Assembly: GCA_002422165.1 (NCBI GenBank)
Contig: DITQ01000001.1
Coordinates: 7,919-71,918 of the forward strand
Length of the DNA stretch: 64,000 nt
Origin: Candidatus Pacebacteria bacterium UBA6180
GTDB taxonomy: Bacteria; Patescibacteriota; Microgenomatia; UBA1400; PJMF01
Reading direction: 5' to 3'
Shown here in pieces: positions 18,318 through 27,735 of this stretch. Positions within the stretch are counted from its first letter, which is position 1. Every line of letters begins with the position of its first letter. The notes under the pieces were generated by a model. The model ran no database searches and was not told the DNA's origin. It saw nothing but the letters and a program-made list of their open reading frames with translations. The position numbers were made by a program, and so were the translations under genes.

Positions 18318-19709
18318 ATGCTGATAGACGATACATTGGCTATATCGCCAGTTGACGGTCGCTACCGAAAAAAGACAAGCTCACTTCGCACCCATTTTTC
18401 CGAAGCCGCTTTAATTTCTCTTAGAATCAAAATTGAATTGTTGTATTTGCGGCAGCTGGACAAGCACGGCGTTATTGCTTCTTTGACCGATGCTGAAAAA
18501 GCCGTTTGCCAAAAATTAGCTGTCTACGACGAGGCAGCGATTATCCGAGTCAAAGAAATTGAAGAAAAGACTCATCACGATGTCAAAGCCGTCGAGTACT
18601 ATTTGCGCGAGCAGTTTGAGAAAGCAGGCTTAGACCGCCTTATTTCCCACTTACACTTCGCTATTACCTCAGAAGATATTAATAACTTGGCTTATCGTCT
18701 GATGCTTAGTGGTGGTTTGCGCGAAGTGATTTGGCCAAGCTTGTTGGAAGTTTTGACAAAGCTCGCCACTCAAGTCGAAAAATACGCGGAGTTACCAATG
18801 TTGGCGCGCACTCACGGTCAGGCGGCGATCCCGACGACTTTTGGCAAAGAGTTGGCAGTTTTTGCAGAGCGTCTCCTACCACTTTTGATAGAAATTAAAG
18901 AGATTAGACTAAAAGGCAAGCTTAGTGGCGCAGTCGGTGGTTACCAAGCGATGCAGCTAGCTCATAAAGAAGTGAATTGGCCAAAGCTAAGTCGCGAACT
19001 AGTTGGCGAGATCGGCTTTGATTTGGCAGAAGTGACTACGCAAATTTCGCCAGCAGATGATTTAGTCAAAGTTTTCAGTATTTTTTACCGCCTAAATGGC
19101 ATTCTACTTGATCTAAATCAAGATATTTGGCGCTACATTAGCGATGGCTGGTTGGTGCAGATCGGCAAGGAAGAATTTATTGGTTCCAGCACCATGCCGC
19201 AAAAAATTAACCCGATAGAATTTGAAAATTCAGAAGGCAATCTGGTGATGGCCAACGCTCTTCTCGAGGGAATGATGCGTAAGTTGCCGATTAGCCGTTT
19301 ACAGAGGGATTTATCGGAGAGCACGGTTTTGCGCAACATAGGCAGTGTTTTTGCTTACTGTTTGCTGGCTTACCAGAGTTTGAGTGGGGGTTTGAGCAAA
19401 CTAGCGGCAGATGAAAAAGCCATGCAGCAGGCTCTTGAAGCTAACTACAACATTCTGACTGAAGCCTGGCAAACGCTGGCGCGTAAAAATGGCGACAGAC
19501 AGGCTTACGAAAAAATAGCCAAATTGGCCAAAAACAAAGTGTTGACCAAAGAGGCATGGCTAGAATTAAGCAAAGGCATGGGGCAAGAATTAGAGCAGCT
19601 AAATACAAGTAATTATCTTGGCCTGTCGGTGCAATTAGCCAAGCAAACTGTCAACAAAGTTGGCAAATTTATCAAAGTGAATTCCAAGTTACTAATATCA
19701 ACTAAATAA
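18318..19709 (+). CDS. purB: adenylosuccinate lyase
   Basis: 463 aa; ...SPVDGRYRKKT... N-terminus and the fumarate-lyase signature GSSTMPQKINP. Confidence 0.9.
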   Translation: MLIDDTLAISPVDGRYRKKTSSLRTHFSEAALISLRIKIELLYLRQLDKHGVIASLTDAEKAVCQKLAVYDEAAIIRVKEIEEKTHHDVKAVEYYLREQFEKAGLDRLISHLHFAITSEDINNLAYRLMLSGGLREVIWPSLLEVLTKLATQVEKYAELPMLARTHGQAAIPTTFGKELAVFAERLLPLLIEIKEIRLKGKLSGAVGGYQAMQLAHKEVNWPKLSRELVGEIGFDLAEVTTQISPADDLVKVFSIFYRLNGILLDLNQDIWRYISDGWLVQIGKEEFIGSSTMPQKINPIEFENSEGNLVMANALLEGMMRKLPISRLQRDLSESTVLRNIGSVFAYCLLAYQSLSGGLSKLAADEKAMQQALEANYNILTEAWQTLARKNGDRQAYEKIAKLAKNKVLTKEAWLELSKGMGQELEQLNTSNYLGLSVQLAKQTVNKVGKFIKVNSKLLISTK

Positions 19710-19721
19710 GGAATTGAAATC

Positions 19722-21176
19722 ATGACCAATGGTTTTTTAAGTGCTTACAATGCAGTTTATAAGAAGGGCCAACTTTTTGGCGCGAACCGGAAACTAGATC
19801 ATGATCCCTTCACCAAAGCGGGTCGCAGGGCCAACTCCATCGCCGTAGTAGGTGGTGCTCTGGGTGATGAGGGTAAGGGTAGAATTACCGATGAGTTGAC
19901 CGCCTTGTTTCTGAAAGAACACCAGAGTGTTTTTCACTACCGTGACAATGGTGGTGCCAACGCTGGCCACACCATCGCTGTTGGGGACAAAAAAATTGCT
20001 TTACACCAGCTTGGTTCGGGCGTTTTGCAAAAGGGTTGCACGGTGGTGCTTGGCAAAGAAATGGTGATTCATCCCCAAGATTTGGTTTTGGAAATCAAAG
20101 AAGTCGAGAAAGTTTTGGATGGCCAGCCTATGCCAGCCAAACTGCTGATCGATAAGATGGCCCTGCTCTGCCTAGATACGCACCGGGCCTTCGAAGCGGT
20201 GCTCAAGATGAAAGCCACCGGTAGTAAAGCCGCCACTGGCCGCGGCATTTCTTCAGCTTACGCTGATGTCATTTATCGCAATCCGCTGCGACTGCGCGAT
20301 CTATTCGCCAAAGATTGGCAGGATCGTGTCAAAGCTCACTTCAGTCACTACCAGATGTTGTGTCAGGGTTTTGGCTTCGAGTTGACGAGCGTGGAAGTGC
20401 CGCGACTCGATGGCTCGATGGTCAAAGTGGGTGATTCGATAGAATTTAGCAAGCAGTTAGCCACCGCCAAAAAAACTCTCCAACCCTTCGTCAGCGAAGT
20501 GCAGTCGCTCATCAAGCAAACTTGGCAAGGGCAAACCCCGATGGTTTTCGAAAAGGCGCAAGCTTTGGGACTGGATACACGCTACGGCGTCTACCCTGAC
20601 GTGACCGCTTCCAACTGCGGTTTCGATGGCATTTATTCCTCGACTGAAGGGGCGGTGGACGATCAACTCTTGGCAGTTAAGGCTGCCACCATCAAGGCCA
20701 CTTACACTTCGAGTGTGGGGACGCGGGTCTTGCCGACGATGATGGAGGAGGGTTTGGCCAAACGCATTCGCGAAGATGCCAACGAGTATGGAGCGACCAC
20801 TAAGCGACCGCGCGACATCGCCTACATTGATTTGCCGATGTTGTCCTACTTATTTCGCGTGGGTCGGGTTGAATACTTGACTCTCACCCACTTGGACATC
20901 GCTTATCCGGAAGTGCCAATCAAAGTTTGCGTGGCTTATGAAAAAGACGGCCAAGAAGTCGAGTACCGCCCCGACCAAGAATACCTCAATCAAGTCACCG
21001 CTAAATATATCGAGCTGCCGAGTTTTGATGGTCAGGCTTTGACCAGAGTTACCAAAATGAGTGACTTGCCCAAAGCAGCATTGCAGTTTGTGGCCTTTTT
21101 GACCAGAAGCTTACAAGTTCAGCCACTCCTCGTAAGTGTAGGGCCCAAACGCGACCAGACGATTAAGTATTATTAA
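19722..21176 (+). CDS. purA: adenylosuccinate synthetase (long form)
   Basis: GDEGKGRITD P-loop; DNGGANAGHT; 484 aa. Confidence 0.88.
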   Translation: MTNGFLSAYNAVYKKGQLFGANRKLDHDPFTKAGRRANSIAVVGGALGDEGKGRITDELTALFLKEHQSVFHYRDNGGANAGHTIAVGDKKIALHQLGSGVLQKGCTVVLGKEMVIHPQDLVLEIKEVEKVLDGQPMPAKLLIDKMALLCLDTHRAFEAVLKMKATGSKAATGRGISSAYADVIYRNPLRLRDLFAKDWQDRVKAHFSHYQMLCQGFGFELTSVEVPRLDGSMVKVGDSIEFSKQLATAKKTLQPFVSEVQSLIKQTWQGQTPMVFEKAQALGLDTRYGVYPDVTASNCGFDGIYSSTEGAVDDQLLAVKAATIKATYTSSVGTRVLPTMMEEGLAKRIREDANEYGATTKRPRDIAYIDLPMLSYLFRVGRVEYLTLTHLDIAYPEVPIKVCVAYEKDGQEVEYRPDQEYLNQVTAKYIELPSFDGQALTRVTKMSDLPKAALQFVAFLTRSLQVQPLLVSVGPKRDQTIKYY

Positions 21177-21198
21177 TTAATTTATAAAAGGAATAAAC

Positions 21199-22254
21199 TT
21201 GATGTCTACCACTTTTTACAAATACCTCGGTCAGACTGAAAATTGGCCAGATATTAGCAGCGCTCACCCAGCCAGCCTCACCTACGATGACGTTTTAATT
21301 ATGCCCCAGGCCGAAACCAAAATTGGCTCACGCCGCGAGACGGATATTTCAGTCCAATTTGGGCCATTTAAGTTGCAGAAGCCGATCGTCACTGCTCCCA
21401 TGGATACGGTCAGTGGTGAAAAAATGGCCGCTCTTATGCATCGCTTGGGTGGTTTGACCTTTATGCCACGCGTTTTCGTCAATGAAGCTTTGGCAGCTGC
21501 CGCTCGTTTGCATAAAGCTAAAATCGACGCTGTTTACTCGATTGGGCTCAAGGATGCTTTGAAAAATGCCACCGCCTTCAAAAAGCTTGGCGCCAAAGCC
21601 ATTTTGCTCGATGTGGCACATGGTGGGATGAGCGACATCATAAGTACTGCCGCTGAAATTCAAAGCAAACTCAAATTAACTGTCATCGCTGGCAATATCG
21701 TCAGCTATGATCAAGCCATGTCCTACAAGAAAGCCGGTCTAACCATCGCTCGCGTTGGTGTGGGCGGCGGTGGGATGTGCATTACTCGTTTGGTGGCTGG
21801 AGCTGGTTTTCCGCAGCTCTCAGCAGTTTTCGAGACGACTGCTTCTGGTTTGGAAGTAATTGCTGACGGTGGAATTCGCAAGCCAGCAGACTTCGCCAAA
21901 GCCATCGCTGCAGGGGCCAGGGTGATCATGGTTGGCTCGATGCTGGCAGGTACCGAGGAAGCGCCCGGCGAAGTAGTCGGTGGAGCCAAGAAGGCTCGCG
22001 GTCAAGCCTCTGAGGATTACATGAAAGACAATGGTTCTAAGATGGGCGAATTCCGCAGCGCCGAAGGCATTATGACCATGGTCTCCCTCAAAGGTTCAGC
22101 GGAGTGGATCATCAATGATTTAGTGGGCGGTTTGCGCTCAGCCATGTCTTACACCGGCGCCAAAAACATTCAGGAGTTTCAAGCCAAAACCCAGTTCGTG
22201 GTGGCCTCTACAGCTGCCCAAGGTGAAGGTGTGGCGCATATTGAGAAGAGGTAA
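21199..22254 (+). CDS. IMP dehydrogenase/GMP reductase family protein without CBS domains (GMP reductase-like)
   Basis: TIM-barrel IMPDH motifs ...YDDVLIMPQ...VTAPMDTVS...GVGGGGMCITR (catalytic Cys). 351 aa with no CBS pair. Confidence 0.75.
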   Translation: MMSTTFYKYLGQTENWPDISSAHPASLTYDDVLIMPQAETKIGSRRETDISVQFGPFKLQKPIVTAPMDTVSGEKMAALMHRLGGLTFMPRVFVNEALAAAARLHKAKIDAVYSIGLKDALKNATAFKKLGAKAILLDVAHGGMSDIISTAAEIQSKLKLTVIAGNIVSYDQAMSYKKAGLTIARVGVGGGGMCITRLVAGAGFPQLSAVFETTASGLEVIADGGIRKPADFAKAIAAGARVIMVGSMLAGTEEAPGEVVGGAKKARGQASEDYMKDNGSKMGEFRSAEGIMTMVSLKGSAEWIINDLVGGLRSAMSYTGAKNIQEFQAKTQFVVASTAAQGEGVAHIEKR

Positions 22255-22266
22255 GCTAGGCGTATA

Positions 22267-23973
22267 ATGGACGCTCATATGTCCAAATTGCCAACTTCTC
22301 TAGCTGATCAGCTAGCCAAATTTATTTCATCTCAAGCTTTGCTCTGTAGTGGGAGGGTGGAAGACACTGCTTCTCAGGAGAGAATGACTCTCAACTTTCG
22401 CTTTGCCGAGAAGTTGGCCACACTACATTATCAATCTCGCATTGCTAGAGCCAGCGAATTAGATTCGAAGGAAGTGGCAAAAGCTCAAGAAATAGCCAGA
22501 AAATACATTGGTGCTGACAATCATGATTTTTTTGCTACCTGCGTCGATGGACGCAACATGCCGACGGTGATGTTTTCCAAGCCGCCACATGTGGGCGGGG
22601 TGCTGCGTTCTCCAGCTGGAATTTTGAGTGGTTTTATGACTGGTCAAAAGCGCGATTCAGTTTTTATTGACTATTCCACTTTTGTGGTTCGTCAAATTAG
22701 CAAGCTGCTTCGAGAAAAAGCTAGCGGCACCATTTTTTATGGTTTAGATTCGCATCTCGCCTGTGCCGCGCGCGGCCAAATTCACGAGACCGAAGGCGGT
22801 CGCCAAGCTGATGCTGGCCTGCGCTCAGATATTTTGAGCAAGCTGATGATGGCGCGCGGCATTTTACGCTTGCGTCAGGAATTGCTAGAGCAGGGCCAGG
22901 AGGTTGCCGAGGTGATTCCGACTTTCTTTTCTTTTGATCCTCATTCTGGTGGAGTGTGGTTTGGTCTGGAAACGCAAGTGCAGCAAGCGACTTTGGCCGC
23001 TGACGGCTACACGGACAAGCAACTGCAGCAGCTAGTAAAAACTGGCGCCGTGATTAGCAGCTTCTCTCTATTGCAAGAGCCTCTGGTTCATGAAGCTTTG
23101 AGTAAAGTGCTTGAGGCAGAGAGCGCTGACTTCAGGAATAATTATGCAGCCTCACTGCAGAAAAATTGGCAAGCGATTGAAGCTTTGTACGACGAAGGCA
23201 ACAGTCAGTTGTTTAAGTACTTGCTGGAAAAAATGACCGCCATCTACCAAAAAGCTGGTTGGTTAATTTCTGATCTCGATTCTTTTGATCAACAAAACAT
23301 TTCCAAGCGCACTTTGCGTCAGAAAAGTAAATTTTTGCTCAAAAATTTAGTGACCAGATACTCGATTGCTGGGGTGCAGAAGAAGTGGCCTTTTGATCAC
23401 CACCAAGAAGAAATGGTGGTGATTACTGATGGTGGCTACGCTCCTTTTCCAGTTACTGATGCTTTTGCAGTTTTTTCGCGCGACCTCAATGGCTTACTGC
23501 CAAATACTAAGCTAACCATTGATCTAATTCGCAGTTCACGTCGTCAACAGAAACTGCACAATCCTTTCAAAGAAATTACTTTCAGTCAGGCAGATTTTGT
23601 AGCGGCGCCAGTCCTGATTTCCAACAAAGCAATTGTCAAAGGTCTTAGTCAAGCTGACTGGGATCAGCTGAGCGAAATTGGCTTGAGTGAAATTTTTAAG
23701 CGGTTAAACTGGGACGATCAAGTTGTTTTAGCTTGGCGTAAATCTGATGTCGCCAAGTTAGTGCTTGCTTTGGCAAGTCAAAAAAATATCCAGCTTGATT
23801 TGGCTGGTTCATTGCGCTTAATTGATGGTATCTACGAGCTGTTTGACCGCATGCGCTTGCTTCTGAAAGATAAATATTTCCGCCAGATGATGTTTAGTGG
23901 TAGCGTCTTGGTACTCAATACCATCGTCGATGGCAATCGTTTTCCGCGAATGATTCTGAACGTGGCAGTTTAA
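22267..23973 (+). CDS. hypothetical 568-aa cytoplasmic protein
   Basis: Long ORF with no TM segments and no recognised family. Contains CVDGR...(71 residues)...HLAC, loosely like beta-carbonic-anhydrase ligand motifs. Confidence 0.5.
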   Translation: MDAHMSKLPTSLADQLAKFISSQALLCSGRVEDTASQERMTLNFRFAEKLATLHYQSRIARASELDSKEVAKAQEIARKYIGADNHDFFATCVDGRNMPTVMFSKPPHVGGVLRSPAGILSGFMTGQKRDSVFIDYSTFVVRQISKLLREKASGTIFYGLDSHLACAARGQIHETEGGRQADAGLRSDILSKLMMARGILRLRQELLEQGQEVAEVIPTFFSFDPHSGGVWFGLETQVQQATLAADGYTDKQLQQLVKTGAVISSFSLLQEPLVHEALSKVLEAESADFRNNYAASLQKNWQAIEALYDEGNSQLFKYLLEKMTAIYQKAGWLISDLDSFDQQNISKRTLRQKSKFLLKNLVTRYSIAGVQKKWPFDHHQEEMVVITDGGYAPFPVTDAFAVFSRDLNGLLPNTKLTIDLIRSSRRQQKLHNPFKEITFSQADFVAAPVLISNKAIVKGLSQADWDQLSEIGLSEIFKRLNWDDQVVLAWRKSDVAKLVLALASQKNIQLDLAGSLRLIDGIYELFDRMRLLLKDKYFRQMMFSGSVLVLNTIVDGNRFPRMILNVAV

Positions 23974-25655
23974 TTCTGCGGCGCTCTCGCACACCATTCC
24001 TGTAGCTCTACCTGCTTAGTGTCGTAGAAATAAAAACTGGCTTTCGGCGCATGGAAACGGTTGGCGGTGTAGATGACGTCGAGAGGCGTGAGGTCTTGCA
24101 CTGGAAGCGGTTCGTGATTGATCAACAAGGTGTTTTCGAGACAGTAATCAGTTTTATTTGGTGCGTCGAAGCGAATTTTACCTAAGTGATCGAGGCGAGT
24201 GTTGAAGCTATCCGTGCCTGCACGCATAGCCGCTTGGTAATCTAGTGGATCAAGCGGTGTGAAAAAAGCGAGGAAAATATGTGGCTGACCATAATGCGTG
24301 GTCAAGACAATTTGCTCATAGAGACCTTGGTAAGCTTGAATTTTGGTCACTAACTGATCGTGATCGGCTTGCCAGAAATGAGCGGTTTCTTCTCCATAAA
24401 AAGCAAAATAATAGAGCATTTGGCGATTAAACTCGAGCGCGCCATAAAGAGCTACAATCGCCACTAGTGAGTACAGCTGCCAGTTTTTGTTTTGCAGTTG
24501 CACTCGCGCGAAGCGGTAGCTAGCAGCCAGGCCGATAACTGTGCATAACTGTAAAGCCGGCAACAGAGGTAAACTACGCAAACCGTGAGGCGCATCTTGA
24601 CTCAGGCTGGCGGGCAGCGGTGCCAGCAAAATCCAAGCTAAAAGCAGCAAGTCGCTTGGCTTGCGTCGCCACAGCAATATCCCTATTCCGATTAGCAGAA
24701 AAGGTAAGCTAACCAAAGGCAGTTTGTGCAACGGATAAATACTAATGCGTGGTGTGGCATCTTCACCGAAAAACAAGAAATCAGCACTGAAGTGAGCGAG
24801 GTAGCGCTCTAAGACTTCTTGACTATAAAAAACGATAGGATTGGCAAAAGACTGGCGAAGTGGCCAACCAAGAACTGTCGAGCGATAAGTCAGTTCAGTC
24901 TGTCGCTGCTGCTGCGATTCCCCAGCAAAAATAGAAACTGCTTGCGGTCGCGCCATGATTTGTGAACGACTGAGTTCGACTAGCAGTGGTGCAATAGTCA
25001 GCAGGCAGGCAGCTAGGCCGATGACAACTTGTTTTTTGTGGGCGAGCAACCACTTCCGATAAATAACCGCGTAGGCGAGCAAGAGTAAGGGCAGAAACAG
25101 GCGCAAACTGTGATACCAGTAGAGACTAAAGCCAAGGATAGAAGCAGTCAGGGGTAGATTTTTGGCCCAATTTTTTTCTCTGACTAAGAGACCCATGCCC
25201 CAGAGTAGTAGCGGCAAAGCAGCGTACCACTCGAGAGTGAAGCGAGAGAGGTGGATGGTTAGCGGAGAAAAGGCCATCAAAGCTGCTGCAGCCAGGGCGG
25301 CGCGGCGATTGCTGGTCCAAGCAAGCGCCATGAAGTAGGCGGCCAAAATGGCGCTTGTGCCGATGAAGACATTGAGGATGCGGACGGAGAAAATTGACAA
25401 GCCGAGTTCACGAATGATGGGTACGATGAGAATACTGTAGAGGCCAGTTTTGAAATCGCCAAAAGACTCGATAAATAATGGCCAAGAGCGACCGAATTCA
25501 TCCTGACCAGTTTGCAGGAGGGCGTAAGCGTTGTAGCCAATAGCCGCTTCATCCCAGTTGAAGCCAGCTGGAATTTGGGTGAGTTTAGTCAGGCGCAAGT
25601 AGAAGCCGCTCGCTGTAATAGCGAGGAGGATGAGTAAGGCGAGTTTTTTTGACAC
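23970..25655 (-). CDS. GT-C family glycosyltransferase (PMT/ArnT-like, GT39/GT83 type)
   Basis: 561 aa; about 11 TM segments; DE-containing first extracytoplasmic loop (NWDEAAIGYNA); soluble C-terminal domain. Confidence 0.75.
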   Translation of the reverse strand: MSKKLALLILLAITASGFYLRLTKLTQIPAGFNWDEAAIGYNAYALLQTGQDEFGRSWPLFIESFGDFKTGLYSILIVPIIRELGLSIFSVRILNVFIGTSAILAAYFMALAWTSNRRAALAAAALMAFSPLTIHLSRFTLEWYAALPLLLWGMGLLVREKNWAKNLPLTASILGFSLYWYHSLRLFLPLLLLAYAVIYRKWLLAHKKQVVIGLAACLLTIAPLLVELSRSQIMARPQAVSIFAGESQQQRQTELTYRSTVLGWPLRQSFANPIVFYSQEVLERYLAHFSADFLFFGEDATPRISIYPLHKLPLVSLPFLLIGIGILLWRRKPSDLLLLAWILLAPLPASLSQDAPHGLRSLPLLPALQLCTVIGLAASYRFARVQLQNKNWQLYSLVAIVALYGALEFNRQMLYYFAFYGEETAHFWQADHDQLVTKIQAYQGLYEQIVLTTHYGQPHIFLAFFTPLDPLDYQAAMRAGTDSFNTRLDHLGKIRFDAPNKTDYCLENTLLINHEPLPVQDLTPLDVIYTANRFHAPKASFYFYDTKQVELQEWCARAPQN

Positions 25656-25679
25656 AATATTATCTTAACAGATTGGGAT

Positions 25680-25758
25680 ATGCACAGCATCTTTTGTACC
25701 AGCTGCTTTTCACAACGCATTATCATGCATTGTAAAAAGGCAGGGTCCAAAATATAAT
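25680..25758 (+). promoter_or_regulatory. repeated promoter/operator module, copy 2 (same 5' box, imperfect dyad with compensatory changes, -35 TTGTAA, 17-bp spacer, TATAAT)
   Basis: ATGCACAGCATCTTTTGTACCAGCT, then CTTTTCACAACGCAT-tatc-ATGCATTGTAAAAAG, then GCAGGGTCCAAAATATAAT. The GTG start of the downstream GT-C is 10 nt after the -10. Lies in the divergent region between the two GT-C genes. Confidence 0.65.
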
Positions 25759-25768
25759 TGCTGGCGAA

Positions 25769-27205
25769 GTGAAAAAAATATTTTCTCAACTTGCTCGCCT
25801 CGAAAATATCGCCTTTGCCTTCTTGCTAATTTTCTTACTCTGGTCGCGACTTTTTCAGCTAAGTAAGTTGCCAGCAACTTTGCCTCACGATGAAATGGTC
25901 TATGCAATTCAGGCTCAGTCTTTTGTTTTACAGGGCAAGACGCTTGATCAAAGGCAAGGTTTTTTTTCGCTTCGCCCTTCGCACATTATGTATGCCGAGT
26001 GGCCGGCACAGGTGATGAGTCTGGGATTTTTACTGAGCAAACAGCCACTTTTGGCCACGCATCTGACCTCAGTGCTAATGGGTTTGACCTTGCCATTTTT
26101 GATGGCTCTACTTGCTTATACTCTGTGGCAGCGAGCAGACATTACCAAAGCGACTTTTATGGTTTTTGTGCTTAGTCCTTTGTTTTGGCAAATGAGCCGT
26201 CTCAGCTACGATTCTTTTTATGCTTTATGGTTTTATGTTGCTGGCGGAGTGTTGTTATTGCAGTCGAAACGATCTTTGGAATTATTAAGTTTGCCAGTTT
26301 TTACCGTTGGTTTTTTTCAGTATCAGGGTTTCAAACTGATACTTTTACCATGGATTGGTTTTTTATTGCTTTTGTGGATTGTGACGCGTTTGCCTGATCA
26401 TAAGCTGCGTTCCTTTTGGCGGGCGATTTTACAGTTGCGCTATAAATTGCTGGCGTTGTTACTTGGGTTGAGCTTAATGCTATTTTATGGCTTAGTTTTA
26501 CTACCAAAACAAGATGCGTCAGTACGGCTATCAAGTTTGATTTTCACCGATACAGAATATTTGAGTAGAGTGGTTGACACTGAACGACGCTTGAGCCTTA
26601 ACAACCCTCTAGCTAGTGTACTCAGTAACAAAGCAACGGCGATTGGTTTGTTTATGCTCCAGCGTTTGGTTGGAGTTTTCAACCCCAACACTTTACTGCT
26701 TCTAATCGAACCCAACGTGAGTGGTTTCAGCGTCTGGACGCACGGTGTGTTTTACTGGGTGGAGTTGGCTTTGCTCTTTGTGGGTTTAGCAGTTTTGTTA
26801 GTGCGTGCGAAGACGCACTTGACTGGTTTAGGGTTGTTGTTTGGCGTTTTGACTTTGTGCTTGCCAGCTTTGATCAACAGCGGTGGTGAGTGGTATTTAC
26901 TGCGCAGCATGTTTAGTTATTTACTGGTGACACTTTTGGCGGCTTGGGGCTTAGTTTATGTTTGGCGACTGCCATTTTGGCGTTACGTAGTATTGGGTGT
27001 TTATTTGCTCAGTGTCTTGAATTTTACTTATCAGTATTTTTATCGTTACCCGATTATTAGTTTGGATTGGGGCAATTTCGACGAGCGAGTGCTAGCGCGC
27101 TACATCGTTTTACACCAGGCTCAGTATCCAGAAGGACAAGTGCGAGTTTATGGGCCAGAGCCAGAGTATGATTTTTGGAGTTACTTGTTTTACAGTCGCT
27201 TGTGA
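25769..27205 (+). CDS. GT-C family glycosyltransferase paralog, N-terminal 478 aa, ending at an in-frame TGA
   Basis: GTG start; multi-TM; HDEMVY DE-loop; paralogous to the divergent neighbour. The ORF ends at TGA 27203-27205, but the same frame continues. Confidence 0.7.
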   Translation: MKKIFSQLARLENIAFAFLLIFLLWSRLFQLSKLPATLPHDEMVYAIQAQSFVLQGKTLDQRQGFFSLRPSHIMYAEWPAQVMSLGFLLSKQPLLATHLTSVLMGLTLPFLMALLAYTLWQRADITKATFMVFVLSPLFWQMSRLSYDSFYALWFYVAGGVLLLQSKRSLELLSLPVFTVGFFQYQGFKLILLPWIGFLLLLWIVTRLPDHKLRSFWRAILQLRYKLLALLLGLSLMLFYGLVLLPKQDASVRLSSLIFTDTEYLSRVVDTERRLSLNNPLASVLSNKATAIGLFMLQRLVGVFNPNTLLLLIEPNVSGFSVWTHGVFYWVELALLFVGLAVLLVRAKTHLTGLGLLFGVLTLCLPALINSGGEWYLLRSMFSYLLVTLLAAWGLVYVWRLPFWRYVVLGVYLLSVLNFTYQYFYRYPIISLDWGNFDERVLARYIVLHQAQYPEGQVRVYGPEPEYDFWSYLFYSRL

Positions 27206-27661
27206 TCTGGTGAAACCAAAGATGAAGTTGGCGAAGCGATGCGCCGCTACACGCCATTTGTGAGCAAGGAAGCTGAATATAATCTTGGTAGAGTGACTTT
27301 TAGCAATTTCTGTGCTCCCAACGATTTGGAATTATTGGCCATGTATGACGAGACGGAGCTCACTGTTGGTTTTAGCGTGAGTCAAGATTTAATCATCATT
27401 CGTGGTGGTCATAAAACTTGTCCAGTCGATGCTTACAATCGTCAAGATCAGCCTGACCGAGCCAAGCAAAAACTGCCAGTTTTGTCGATTTCGGCAGTTC
27501 TGGATAGCGGTGAGCGAATGCGTATTTATGGTGACCAGTTATGTTCTGACTTGGCTAGCACCTTTGTCCACGTGCAGTCGCTAGCGCAATTGGATTTGGA
27601 GGAGCAGACAGCATCAGAGTTTTGCGAATTGTGGATTAAGAATTTGAAGCTGGTAAAGTAG
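27206..27661 (+). pseudogene. in-frame continuation: C-terminal soluble domain of the GT-C paralog, downstream of the internal TGA
   Basis: Same reading frame as 25769-27205. ...EAMRRYTPFVSKEAEYNLGRVTFSNFCAPND... aligns to ...AAMRAGTDSFNTRLDHLGKIRFDAPNKTD... at the C-terminus of the 561-aa neighbour. Confidence 0.55.
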
Positions 27662-27735
27662 AGCTTATTTTTTAACAACATCAATTTAGCAACAACATCT
27701 TGCACAGTTCTGCTCGCAACTGTTAAACTGAGGAG

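Noticed and set aside
22267-23973. Calling the 568-aa protein a carbonic anhydrase
   Set aside because: Only a short ligand-like motif pattern matches, with no wider sequence similarity that can be verified by eye. It is kept as a hypothesis in the findings, not as an annotation.
27203-27205. In-frame TGA in the GT-C gene as evidence for UGA-to-Gly recoding (genetic code 25, as in Gracilibacteria/SR1)
   Set aside because: TGA clearly terminates other well-conserved genes here: adk ends at 5006-5008, and iscS ends in the ATGA overlap with mnmA. Conserved protein ends coincide with TGA. The standard code fits the whole window.
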